A DNA stretch of 64,000 bases from Patescibacteria group bacterium. GTDB lineage: Bacteria; Patescibacteriota; Minisyncoccia; GWC2-36-17; WO2-46-25. Numbering within the stretch: position 1 is the stretch's first letter; the number at the start of each line of letters is the position of its first letter. The DNA lies in assembly GCA_038062295.1 (NCBI GenBank), contig JBBTXL010000008.1, forward strand, positions 1,430 to 65,429. Reading direction: 5' to 3'. The translations under genes and the position numbers were made by a program. Below, piece by piece: positions 10,030 through 18,565 of the stretch. The notes under the pieces were generated by a model. That model was not told where the DNA came from and did not search any database. It was given only the letters and a program-made list of their open reading frames with translations.

Positions 10030-11880
10030 ATGGGCGGTCTCCCCTCTGAAGAAATAAAGTCCCGGCTTGATATCCACGACGTCATTGCGGGGTATATCCG
10101 CTTGCAAAAGCAGGGCGCGAATTGGCGTGCGCTGTGCCCGTTCCATAACGAGAAAACACCCTCGTTTTATGTGTCCGCCACGCGGCAAATGTGGCATTGT
10201 TTCGGATGCGGGGCCGGGGGCGATATGTTCACGTTCGTGATGAAAATGGAAGGACTTGAGTTTCCCGATGCGTTGCGCCTCCTCGCGAAAAAAGCGGGAG
10301 TTGTTCTGAAAGCGCAGGACCCAAAACTCGCGAGCGAGCGCGCCACGCTCCTTGCAATCTGTGCGCAGGCGGCGCGTTTTTTCCGTACAAATCTTGAGGA
10401 AGGGGAATCGGGCGCGGCGGCGCGCGCATATCTTTTAAGTCGCGGGCTTTCGCGCGCGACCATCGGAGAGTTTGGCTTGGGATATGCTCACGCCGGCTGG
10501 GATTCTTTGTTTCAGTTCCTTGCCATGAAAGGGTACGCGGCGGGCATGGGGGAAAAGGCGGGGCTTATCAACAAGAGCGAAAAGTCCGGCACGGCGAAGT
10601 ATTACGATAAATTCCGCGACCGCATCATGTTTCCCATCGCGGACCACAACGGCGACACCATCGCTTTTACCGGCCGTTATCTCACGCCGCGCGAAGGAGA
10701 AGGGAAGTATGTGAACAGTCCCCAAACGCTTCTGTATAACAAAAGTGCAGTGCTGTACGGCATGGACAAGGTAAAAATGGAAGCGAAAAAGAAGGATGTC
10801 ATCGTGCTCGTGGAAGGGCAAATGGACGTGATCATGGCGTGGCAGGACGGCGTAAAAAATGCGGTTGCGGTGTCGGGTACCGCATTCACGACGCAGCAGC
10901 TGAAACTTATCGCGCGCTACACCAAGAACATCACCATTCTGTTCGACGCCGACCCGGCGGGCGATAGTGCCACACGCAAAAGTATCGCGCTCGCGCATGC
11001 CGGAGGATTTTCAGTTCGCGTGGCGCGCATGCCCGAAAGCAAAGACCCGGCGGATCTTGTCGCCGCCCGGCCAGGGGAACTTGCAGGTGTTGTGGACGGG
11101 GCTGTTTCCGTCATGGACTTCTATTTTCAGATCGCCGCCGAACGGCACGACCCCAAGATGCTCGCGGGCAAAAAGGCCATCGGGGACCTGCTGCTGCCGC
11201 AGATAAAAAAGATCGCGAATAAGATAGAGTCGCATCACTGGCTGGAGCGCCTGTCGGTGATGCTGGGGGTAAAAATGGATTATTTGGAAGAGGAAATGCG
11301 CGTCGTGAAGGACGACGACGAACGCGCGTTTGCCGGAGACGAACAGCAGGGTAACAACAAGGACATACGCGCCGAAAAGACGGCGGTTGATAAGCTTCTG
11401 GAGCATATCATTGCGGTCTGCTCGGCCGTCCCGAACAAAGAGGAGGCGAAAGCGCTTGCCGCCTCTCTCGCACACTATGAGTTTCCCGCCATGATCGTTG
11501 ATGGCACTCCTACGGCTCGTGAATTGGTGAGTCCGGGCATGGCGGAACTGTTTACTTTTTTCTACCGGCATGGTACTATTGACCCGCTTTCAAAGGAAAT
11601 TTCAAAGGACGGGCTTGAGCAGGGTACCGCGGCGCTGCGGGAGATCCTGCTTGCCGCGGAACTTGGTTCGTACGAAAATCCCGCGCATGAGATCATATTC
11701 TGCGCACGGCGCATAGAACAGGAAATGTTGGATGCGGAATTACAAAAGCTCGAAGCGGCGCTGGCGGCCGCGGAGGCCGAGCGCGACCCGGTGCTTTCCG
11801 AACATCTGTTTCAGGAAGTACATGCGTTAAGCGCAAAGAAGATGAAGCTGTTTGCACCTTCACCACAACCGGCGGCATGA
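10030..11880 (+). CDS. dnaG: DNA primase DnaG
   Basis: CHC2 zinc finger [13 protein letters not shown]...[11 protein letters not shown]; Toprim [18 protein letters not shown]; followed by rpoD (MMS operon synteny). Confidence 0.9.
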   Translation: MGGLPSEEIKSRLDIHDVIAGYIRLQKQGANWRALCPFHNEKTPSFYVSATRQMWHCFGCGAGGDMFTFVMKMEGLEFPDALRLLAKKAGVVLKAQDPKLASERATLLAICAQAARFFRTNLEEGESGAAARAYLLSRGLSRATIGEFGLGYAHAGWDSLFQFLAMKGYAAGMGEKAGLINKSEKSGTAKYYDKFRDRIMFPIADHNGDTIAFTGRYLTPREGEGKYVNSPQTLLYNKSAVLYGMDKVKMEAKKKDVIVLVEGQMDVIMAWQDGVKNAVAVSGTAFTTQQLKLIARYTKNITILFDADPAGDSATRKSIALAHAGGFSVRVARMPESKDPADLVAARPGELAGVVDGAVSVMDFYFQIAAERHDPKMLAGKKAIGDLLLPQIKKIANKIESHHWLERLSVMLGVKMDYLEEEMRVVKDDDERAFAGDEQQGNNKDIRAEKTAVDKLLEHIIAVCSAVPNKEEAKALAASLAHYEFPAMIVDGTPTARELVSPGMAELFTFFYRHGTIDPLSKEISKDGLEQGTAALREILLAAELGSYENPAHEIIFCARRIEQEMLDAELQKLEAALAAAEAERDPVLSEHLFQEVHALSAKKMKLFAPSPQPAA

Positions 11881-13106
11881 AGAAAAAAGGCAACACCAAG
11901 CAGCTGAAAAAACGCGCACATCATCCGGCGCGTCATTTGGCGCATCCGGCCGCGAAAAAACAGGCTGTCGCGAAAGGAGCCCGCATTGGAGCATCGGAAC
12001 GAGGGAAGAAAAAAAGGGTGCTTTTGTTTGAAAAGCCGGTTGAGGAGCTTTTGGAACGCGGCAAGCTCCGCGGTTTTGTGACGTATTCGGAGATCTTACA
12101 TCTGCTGCCCAACATTGAAAAAGACATTGATGTCCTGGAACGCCTCTACGAGCGCTTAAGCGACGCCAACATCAACCTGGTGGATTCCAAGGACCTTTTG
12201 GAATTGCCGCAGCAGGATGAAGCGGCGCCCCCTCCCGCCAAAAAGAAGAAAAAATCGGAAACGTTCTCCGAAGATACCGCGCACGACTCGGTGCAGATCT
12301 ACTTGCGGGAGATCGGCCGTATCTCGTTATTGACCGGCGATGAAGAAAAAGAGCTCGCCAGAAAAATAGAGCAGGGGAATGAGGAAGCGAAAAAAAAGCT
12401 TACGGAAGCGAATTTGCGTTTGGTGGTCAGCATCGCTAAAAAATATATCGGCCGCAGCCCGCACCTCACGCTTTTGGACCTTATCCAGGAGGGGAACCTT
12501 GGTTTGTTCAAGGCCGTGGAAAAGTTTGATTATAAAAGGGGATACAAGTTTTCCACGTACGCGACGTGGTGGATCCGCCAGGCCATCACCCGGGCGCTTG
12601 CCGACCAGGCGCGCACTATCCGCATTCCCGTGCACATGGTGGAAACTATTTCACGCTTTACCCAGGTGAAGCGGCGGCTCTTGCAGGATTTGGGGCGCGA
12701 GCCGCTTGCCGAAGAAATAGCGGCGGAAATGGGTTTGGAGGTAGAAAAGGTTCGTCATATCATCAAGATCTCGCAGGAAACCATTTCACTTGAAACACCA
12801 CTGGGGGACGACAGCGAGGATTCAACACTCGGCGAATTTATTGAGGATGAAAAAGAGATCATGCCGTCGCAATCTGCCGCGCGCCGTCTTTTGAAAGATC
12901 AGATCCGTGAGATCATGGACGATTTAAACCCCCGCGAGCAAAAGATCCTTGCGATGCGTTTTGGTATTGAAGACGGCATTACGCATACCCTGGAGGAAGT
13001 GGGGAAAGAGTTTGGTGTCACGCGTGAGCGCATCCGCCAAATTGAAGCAAAAGCGCTTGAGAAGATCCGTACCCACCGGAAGATTCACAAGTTGGAAGGG
13101 TATTGA
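11877..13106 (+). CDS. rpoD: RNA polymerase primary sigma factor (sigma-70, RpoD)
   Basis: region 2 [40 protein letters not shown], region 3/4 motifs; 4-nt overlap with dnaG. Confidence 0.92.
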   Translation: MKKKGNTKQLKKRAHHPARHLAHPAAKKQAVAKGARIGASERGKKKRVLLFEKPVEELLERGKLRGFVTYSEILHLLPNIEKDIDVLERLYERLSDANINLVDSKDLLELPQQDEAAPPPAKKKKKSETFSEDTAHDSVQIYLREIGRISLLTGDEEKELARKIEQGNEEAKKKLTEANLRLVVSIAKKYIGRSPHLTLLDLIQEGNLGLFKAVEKFDYKRGYKFSTYATWWIRQAITRALADQARTIRIPVHMVETISRFTQVKRRLLQDLGREPLAEEIAAEMGLEVEKVRHIIKISQETISLETPLGDDSEDSTLGEFIEDEKEIMPSQSAARRLLKDQIREIMDDLNPREQKILAMRFGIEDGITHTLEEVGKEFGVTRERIRQIEAKALEKIRTHRKIHKLEGY

Positions 13107-13152
13107 TTTTGCGCGCCGGCACCAGTATAGTGTCCGTGTTCTTTTTTTGTAT

Positions 13153-13224
13153 TCCGGGGTAGCGCAGCGGTAGCGCAGGCGACTGTTAATCGCTTGGTCG
13201 TGGGTTCGAATCCCACCCCCGGAG
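13153..13224 (+). tRNA. tRNA-Asn (anticodon GTT); no encoded CCA
   Basis: hand-folded cloverleaf: acceptor TCCGGGG/CCCCGGA, D-stem GCGC/GCGC, anticodon stem GGCGA/TCGCT with loop CTGTTAA, T-arm GTGGG-TTCGAAT-CCCAC. Confidence 0.85.
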
Positions 13225-14811
13225 CAACATAGGATTTTGAGAGTATAAATCGCTCATATCTGTATTAACCAAGCAATTTTTGAGAGGTTCTAACCTTTCG
13301 TACATCGCTTTTACCTCATGAGAGGCCTCTTTGATGAGTATGAGCGGTTTTTCTAGTGAGACATTGAGTATTCTGTCTTTTAGCGTGAGGTTCGAACCCA
13401 GAAACATGAGGATACCTTTTTTCACTTCAAGTGAGTCTGTTGTGTCAAAAGTTTTCTTTGCGGTCCGAGCAAACTCAAAATATTTTTCTGCTTGTTCAAG
13501 CCAATCATCTGCTCGTTGCCCAGTATCATCCATCAACATTTCTACGTGATGTTTTTCTTCTAAAAAAGCTGTTTTATTTTTCGCAAACTCCTCATCTGTT
13601 ATATCTCCACCCGCCCGCATACCAATAAGGTTATCAAGCTTTTTAAGCACCTTATCATACTCTTTTCGCTGACTACTGATTATTTGCGTTCTGCCGTGAG
13701 CTTCAACGACATTATTGCTTTTCAGCACATCCAGCGCCCACTCGCAAAAGTCATTAGGCAACTCAATTTCACCTAGAGTGCGGGAGATCTGTTTTTGCAG
13801 TCCCGTCTCTTCAATCGAGCTTTGTGAGCAGTCCGGATTTCTCCTTTTTGTGCAGTGATAGTAGGTGTAGAAATGCACATTGCCATTCTTTTGTCTTTTC
13901 ACTTTAGATTCAGCTGTTATCAAAGCGCCGCATTCTCCGCACATAATCGGACCACGAAAAGCAAAGTCATATTTCTTGGGTCGTGTTGTTGCCTTATTGC
14001 CAAGCAATACTTGTACCCGGTCAAACTCCTGTCTGGTGATCATCGGGGGATGGCCTCCTGTTTTCCAATTACCGCTTCCTCTTGGATATTCAAAATCACC
14101 ATAGTAGAAAGTATCATTTAAAATTCTATACACCGTACTCCGAGCTATCTTCTTGCCTTGTCTGCTTGTAAGATTCCACTCATCTCGTACAATTTGCCAC
14201 ACCTTATTTACCGTATGCCTACCCGTAAGCATAAGCTCAAACATCTTGCGGACCAAATCAAATCGCTCCGGATCCCTCAATATCTCTTTCTCTCCTTTCT
14301 TTTTCAACGGATTGTGCATATAGCCAAGCGTGGCATAGGTTGGATACCACCCTCTTTCCATTTTTGCTCTCAACCCTCGTTTGGTATCCACGCTCAAATC
14401 ACGGATAAACTGATTCGCCATGCCAAGCTCTACCGCCATCATAATCACATTATCTGCCGGGTAATAGCTTCGCCCGTATGTTTGAATGTGTTGGATTGCC
14501 CCTTGTTGCAACATCCAGCTTATCTGGCCGCCGTCAATTGGGTTACGAGCGAGGCGGTTGAGCTTCCAGCAAATAATCCCTTGAGCTTCACCTTTAAGGA
14601 TTCGCTCAAGCATCTTGTTGAAGATCTCTCTGCCGGGCCCCTTTGCGGACTTTGACTCAGTAAAAGTATCCACCACGTTTAATCCATGCTCTTCCGCCAG
14701 TCGTTTAAGCTCGGTGATTTGAGCATCAATGGATGCCATTTGCCGGTCCTCGCTTTCCGATGATTTCCGAGCATAGATGAAGTATTTGATTTTTGCTTTT
14801 TGTTCGTTCAT
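13186..14811 (-). CDS. large serine recombinase (integrase) of the integrated element; 3-prime end of ORF runs into the tRNA-Asn sequence; likely start MNEQKAK at 14811
   Basis: resolvase-type catalytic N-domain YARKSSESEDRQMASIDAQ; recombinase domain; zinc ribbon CGECGALITAESKVKRQKNGNVHFYTYYHC; C-terminal coiled-coil. Confidence 0.85.
   Translation of the reverse strand: MNEQKAKIKYFIYARKSSESEDRQMASIDAQITELKRLAEEHGLNVVDTFTESKSAKGPGREIFNKMLERILKGEAQGIICWKLNRLARNPIDGGQISWMLQQGAIQHIQTYGRSYYPADNVIMMAVELGMANQFIRDLSVDTKRGLRAKMERGWYPTYATLGYMHNPLKKKGEKEILRDPERFDLVRKMFELMLTGRHTVNKVWQIVRDEWNLTSRQGKKIARSTVYRILNDTFYYGDFEYPRGSGNWKTGGHPPMITRQEFDRVQVLLGNKATTRPKKYDFAFRGPIMCGECGALITAESKVKRQKNGNVHFYTYYHCTKRRNPDCSQSSIEETGLQKQISRTLGEIELPNDFCEWALDVLKSNNVVEAHGRTQIISSQRKEYDKVLKKLDNLIGMRAGGDITDEEFAKNKTAFLEEKHHVEMLMDDTGQRADDWLEQAEKYFEFARTAKKTFDTTDSLEVKKGILMFLGSNLTLKDRILNVSLEKPLILIKEASHEVKAMYERLEPLKNCLVNTDMSDLYSQNPMLLRGWDSNPRPSD
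13208..13223 (+). repeat. direct repeat copy 1 (tRNA-Asn 3-prime end, putative att core)
   Basis: GAATCCCACCCCCGGA, identical to 23601..23616. Confidence 0.6.
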
Positions 14812-14935
14812 ATAATCAAAAAGGGATAACCCCGTTGGACACAATCACCCTTGCGAGTTTTTGTAGGCGGAGTTACCCCTCTTTAAATGCAAAAAATCGC
14901 AAATCCCAGTAATTGTGTCCATGTTTATCATACCA

Positions 14936-15601
14936 CTACTTTTGCTTTACAGCAAACCGACCAAACCGCTTATTCAGCCGTGCGGCCATCATAATAAAAC
15001 CGGTCTCAAACTTCTCATTCAGCCGTATTACTCGTCTGTATTTTCTGGTTGGCTTACCCTTGTAATAATATCGCTTAACCTCTTTCTCTGCTTTTTCTAT
15101 GTCAGGGATTGATACAAACCCCTTGTATTTACCACCCTGCATTTGGGAGGCATAAGTAATTCCTCCACAGTGTCGGCAACCGAACCATTTGCCAATGCTG
15201 TAAATCACTCCAACTCTCCGCCCGCAGTATTGCCCATTTTTAGACAGGGGGCATATAAACCAGTATCGCACACCGCCATAATTGCAAGGAGTCATAGTAA
15301 GTTCAATCTTATAATCCATTTCTTCTTTTTCGCTGTTCCATCTGTCTGTATGAGTATAATATAACCTTGCATACGCTCTCTCATCCGGAGTGCCCCAATT
15401 ATCTCTGCTTACAGCAAACCCGATACTACTTTTATTCTCGCTATAGCCGTAAGTCCAAGTAATGCCACCAGATCGATGACTATAATCCTTGTGCAGATAG
15501 CCATGCTTTTTAAGCCAGAAGATACCTAAGCTGTTATTCTGTTCTGCTACACTTTTAGACATAAGCTTTTTCAATCTGCCGAAATCATTAAAGATGAGCA
15601 T
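14936..15601 (-). CDS. hypothetical Cys-rich (zinc-ribbon-like) protein, element-encoded
   Basis: ORF track; CNYGGVRYWFICP...CGRRVGVIYSIGKWFGCRHCGG cysteine pattern; AT-rich codon usage matching element. Confidence 0.5.
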   Translation of the reverse strand: MLIFNDFGRLKKLMSKSVAEQNNSLGIFWLKKHGYLHKDYSHRSGGITWTYGYSENKSSIGFAVSRDNWGTPDERAYARLYYTHTDRWNSEKEEMDYKIELTMTPCNYGGVRYWFICPLSKNGQYCGRRVGVIYSIGKWFGCRHCGGITYASQMQGGKYKGFVSIPDIEKAEKEVKRYYYKGKPTRKYRRVIRLNEKFETGFIMMAARLNKRFGRFAVKQK

Positions 15602-15787
15602 GGTCTTTAAACTTTAAAACCACCATTTTCATTCCCTCTTTGTTATTACTGTTATCATACTGCTTATCAGTATAAAATCCACCATTTCCCGCCATTTTTA
15701 TACAGATAATGTTTTCCATGTTTTTCCATGATATTTTATCTTGCACAACCCCCTCTTTATCAGGTCAATGAACTAAAGCGTATCGTC

Positions 15788-15888
15788 ATAGTTAACTGTT
15801 ACCTTATAGGAAATCTATCATGTAACATAATAGTACTATCATTAAGTTATTCTATATAGTTAACAATACTATAGATAATTAACTATAG
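15788..15888. promoter_or_regulatory. cluster of three ATAGTTAAC/TTAACTAT sites (two direct, one inverted) in intergenic region inside the element; candidate operator
   Basis: ATAGTTAAC at 15788..15796 and 15856..15864; inverted TTAACTAT at 15879..15886; flanked by palindromic CTATAG. Confidence 0.3.
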
Positions 15889-15890
15889 AG

Positions 15891-16217
15891 TCAGAGTGTT
15901 ATCTCTGGATCAATGCCAAGTCTCTTTCTGAAGTGTTCTTCACTTTGTTTGTAGTATTCCTCCCACACTTTCGTTTCTAACTGTTTCCAAAGCTCTTTAT
16001 CGGGAGCAAAGAAGATGGGGTGGTAACTGCCTCCGCCACCCTTGTACGATGGGGGAGTGAGCCATAATTTATCTCCTTTATAATTTGGATGCTGTGATTC
16101 CTGCACCCGGAAGCCCTTTACAACAAAATCTCCGAAATCAAGGGTGATAATCGCTTTTAATTTCTTCTCCTCGATAACTTTCACTTTCACGGTAATTTCA
16201 TCGATATTCATGGTCAT
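15891..16217 (-). CDS. SpoVG-like protein, element-encoded
   Basis: IDEITVKVKVIEEKKLKAIITLDFGDFVVKGFRVQESQH resembles the SpoVG N-terminal consensus (recalled from memory, not searched). Confidence 0.5.
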   Translation of the reverse strand: MTMNIDEITVKVKVIEEKKLKAIITLDFGDFVVKGFRVQESQHPNYKGDKLWLTPPSYKGGGGSYHPIFFAPDKELWKQLETKVWEEYYKQSEEHFRKRLGIDPEITL

Positions 16218-16269
16218 AGTAATATGGTGTTAGTTTATTAAATAAATGCGGTGGCGGGGCTATGCGAGC

Positions 16270-16497
16270 TTATTTTTGGTTGTCCCCGCGCATATTTGAG
16301 AGATGCCAGAGATGAGCCAAAATGCTTTTCTTGCTGGTTTTCTCATAATCCTCATTTTCGACGAGTTTGGAGAACCAGCGGTGTATCGTTTGTTTGCCAA
16401 ATCCTTCTCCTTTTAGCGCTTCAGCAAAACATGTGTAGGAACTCCAATATGGGTTTCTATCCCCAATGTTTTTGAACCGTCTTTCAAGTGATTTCAT
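16270..16497 (-). CDS. hypothetical small protein (element)
   Basis: ORF track only; same strand as neighbours. Confidence 0.3.
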   Translation of the reverse strand: MKSLERRFKNIGDRNPYWSSYTCFAEALKGEGFGKQTIHRWFSKLVENEDYEKTSKKSILAHLWHLSNMRGDNQK

Positions 16498-16509
16498 ATT
16501 TTTATCATG

Positions 16510-16737
16510 TTAGGTTTTGTTAAGTTTTTTATCCTTAGACGCGTAGTTACTTTTTAAGATTAGCTCTACGAATTCTGCCAACCTGATTCCTTTTACCAAT
16601 GCAGTTTCACGGTCCAATACCACGCCAAAATTCTTTCGGTAGATTTGAATGAAGGCATTGATTTGTTGATCCGTGATTCGCATCTTATTTATCGTGTAGT
16701 ATGTATCCTGCTTTTTAGTTCCCTTCTCGCATTCCAA
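16510..16737 (-). CDS. hypothetical small protein (element)
   Basis: ORF track only; overlaps alternative ORF 16689..16964. Confidence 0.3.
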   Translation of the reverse strand: MECEKGTKKQDTYYTINKMRITDQQINAFIQIYRKNFGVVLDRETALVKGIRLAEFVELILKSNYASKDKKLNKT

Positions 16738-16964
16738 AATCCCTTCGGTTCAACGGAAAGAGCGCCGGACCAGAATTGGCTTACGGCATTAGAAAGCTTT
16801 TCACTTTTCTTAAATACAAACCCGACCCTTGGGTGTTCTTTGGGGTCTCTGTTTATCGCCACAATAGGAAATTCCAGATATTGCAATGCTGAACACAGTG
16901 CTAGATCATAGAATTCTTCATGCTCCTCGCTGGGGAGGTACTTAAAATCATCTTTTTGTTTCAT
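16689..16964 (-). CDS. hypothetical small protein (element); overlaps previous call, only one may be real
   Basis: ORF track only. Confidence 0.25.
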   Translation of the reverse strand: MKQKDDFKYLPSEEHEEFYDLALCSALQYLEFPIVAINRDPKEHPRVGFVFKKSEKLSNAVSQFWSGALSVEPKGFWNARRELKSRIHTTR

Positions 16965-17017
16965 ATCATTTTTTTAGTTATTTTATTAATTGCGACCTTG
17001 ATGATTTTTTTAAAAAA

Positions 17018-17053
17018 TAAAAAAGTCATACTAATTACAGTATGACTTTTCTA
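17018..17053 (-). terminator. bidirectional intrinsic terminator (perfect 12-bp stem AAAAGTCATACT/AGTATGACTTTT) downstream of 17097..18035
   Basis: aaaaaataAAAAGTCATACTaattacAGTATGACTTTTctat; A-run on one side and T-run on the other. Confidence 0.5.
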
Positions 17054-17096
17054 TAAAATTTTGTTTGAATATTAGACTAAACCAGACTAAATCGGA

Positions 17097-18035
17097 CTAC
17101 TCTGGATTGTTTTTTATATGAGCAACCTCCAACTGCTTTAAAAATAGAGGTATTTTTACACCAATTTTTACTAAATCTTCTTTTGATATTTCGCCCCCAT
17201 TGTAAACCACCACAGACTTTCCTCTTTTAGGAAAGAAAGCTTTTAATATTTCGGCCTTAAAGCCAAGTTCATTAAGTATTTTTGTAAAGCTTTTATTCTT
17301 TCTTAGTGTATCAGGGATGTCTTGGTTTCTAATTTTTGTATTTTTTGGTTGCGAACGAACATATTCAAAAAATTCAAAGTTAATTCCTACAGCGTGTGGT
17401 TTTCCTATAAGGTATTCGTTAACCAGTATTTTTCGATCTTTAACTGAAATAACGAATTTTGATGGTTCTTGTTTTGTTTGTATTTCTTGAGCAGTTGATG
17501 GGTTAATTTTGAGCTTTTTATCAATCAAATCCTGCACTCGGCGCAATCCATCTAACGAACTTACTTTTAGAAAAACATAACTTTTCAACTCTTCTTTTGA
17601 TGGCAAATAATCGGGTAATTCATTTTCATCAAAAGCTGTAACGCTTGAAGGAAATACAACTCTTGTTCTCTGATACTCTTTTATTTGGTAGAGTAATTCT
17701 GCGTTTGTAACTTTGACACTGTCTACTCTATTCAGCACACCGCTTATATCGTCTGAATATACCTGCTCATTTTCAAACTTTTGTAAAGATATTTTGACCA
17801 CTTCTGTCAATCTATTAACGGGCTGAAGCTGTAAGAAATCAAGAGTAATCTTAATAACTTTTTGAGCAATTTTAAGATTTTCTTGAGTGAGTTTTTCCCA
17901 ATCAAAAATATCCGTATGTAAACTGGAGGGTTTTATCTTTTTCTCTCCATCTCTTTTGAAACCGTCCTCATAACGGCGAAACAGTTTATCAAACTTCGAC
18001 TGGACTATTTCTATGCGAAACAATTTATTACTCAT
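17097..18035 (-). CDS. hypothetical protein (element); start taken at MSNKLF with ATGAGTAA overlap of upstream stop
   Basis: ORF track 17097..18158; internal Met 42 forms overlapping stop/start with 18028..18261 ORF. Confidence 0.5.
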   Translation of the reverse strand: MSNKLFRIEIVQSKFDKLFRRYEDGFKRDGEKKIKPSSLHTDIFDWEKLTQENLKIAQKVIKITLDFLQLQPVNRLTEVVKISLQKFENEQVYSDDISGVLNRVDSVKVTNAELLYQIKEYQRTRVVFPSSVTAFDENELPDYLPSKEELKSYVFLKVSSLDGLRRVQDLIDKKLKINPSTAQEIQTKQEPSKFVISVKDRKILVNEYLIGKPHAVGINFEFFEYVRSQPKNTKIRNQDIPDTLRKNKSFTKILNELGFKAEILKAFFPKRGKSVVVYNGGEISKEDLVKIGVKIPLFLKQLEVAHIKNNPE

Positions 18036-18261
18036 ATTCCCATGTGCCACCTCTATTTTGTATTTTAATAGCACCCCATTCTTCCAGCTTCTCAAGTATT
18101 GCCGCCTTATCTGTGGCTGATGGAGAACTACCAGTGGTGTCAAAAAAACCAAAATCAACCCAATATAAAATTGGGTTGCCTTTTTTGGTATACAGCGACC
18201 TTTCCTTGATTTGTCTTAAAACATACCAGACATTCTGATTAAATTTTTCTTCTGGGGTCAT
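18028..18261 (-). CDS. hypothetical small protein (element)
   Basis: ORF track; translational coupling with downstream gene. Confidence 0.4.
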   Translation of the reverse strand: MTPEEKFNQNVWYVLRQIKERSLYTKKGNPILYWVDFGFFDTTGSSPSATDKAAILEKLEEWGAIKIQNRGGTWEYE

Positions 18262-18438
18262 AGTAATTTATGTTAATTTCATTGTAATTTACCTATATTC
18301 TACCATTTTTCAGCTATTTTTTCAACCTACTAAAACGTTGTGTATTTTTTGCAAATTTTAGTGGTTTATGGTATTTTATAAGCAATAATTAAGCATCGCC
18401 TAACCCTCGTGGTTTTACTACAAGGTATGGCAACAAAC

Positions 18439-18481
18439 ACGGTTCAGGTCATTAAGCTCCTAGTCAGAGCACCTGAACCGT
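18439..18481. promoter_or_regulatory. perfect 11-bp inverted repeat ACGGTTCAGGT...ACCTGAACCGT with 21-nt spacer in divergent intergenic region of the element
   Basis: seen directly; lies between the leftward operon and the rightward 18566 gene. Confidence 0.3.
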
Positions 18482-18565
18482 CATATCCGAAAGGGTATGG
18501 GTGTCGCAAGACATCGCTGGCTGGGAGCTTTGTGTCTATATTCCCACTAGCTTAGAATAATTACT

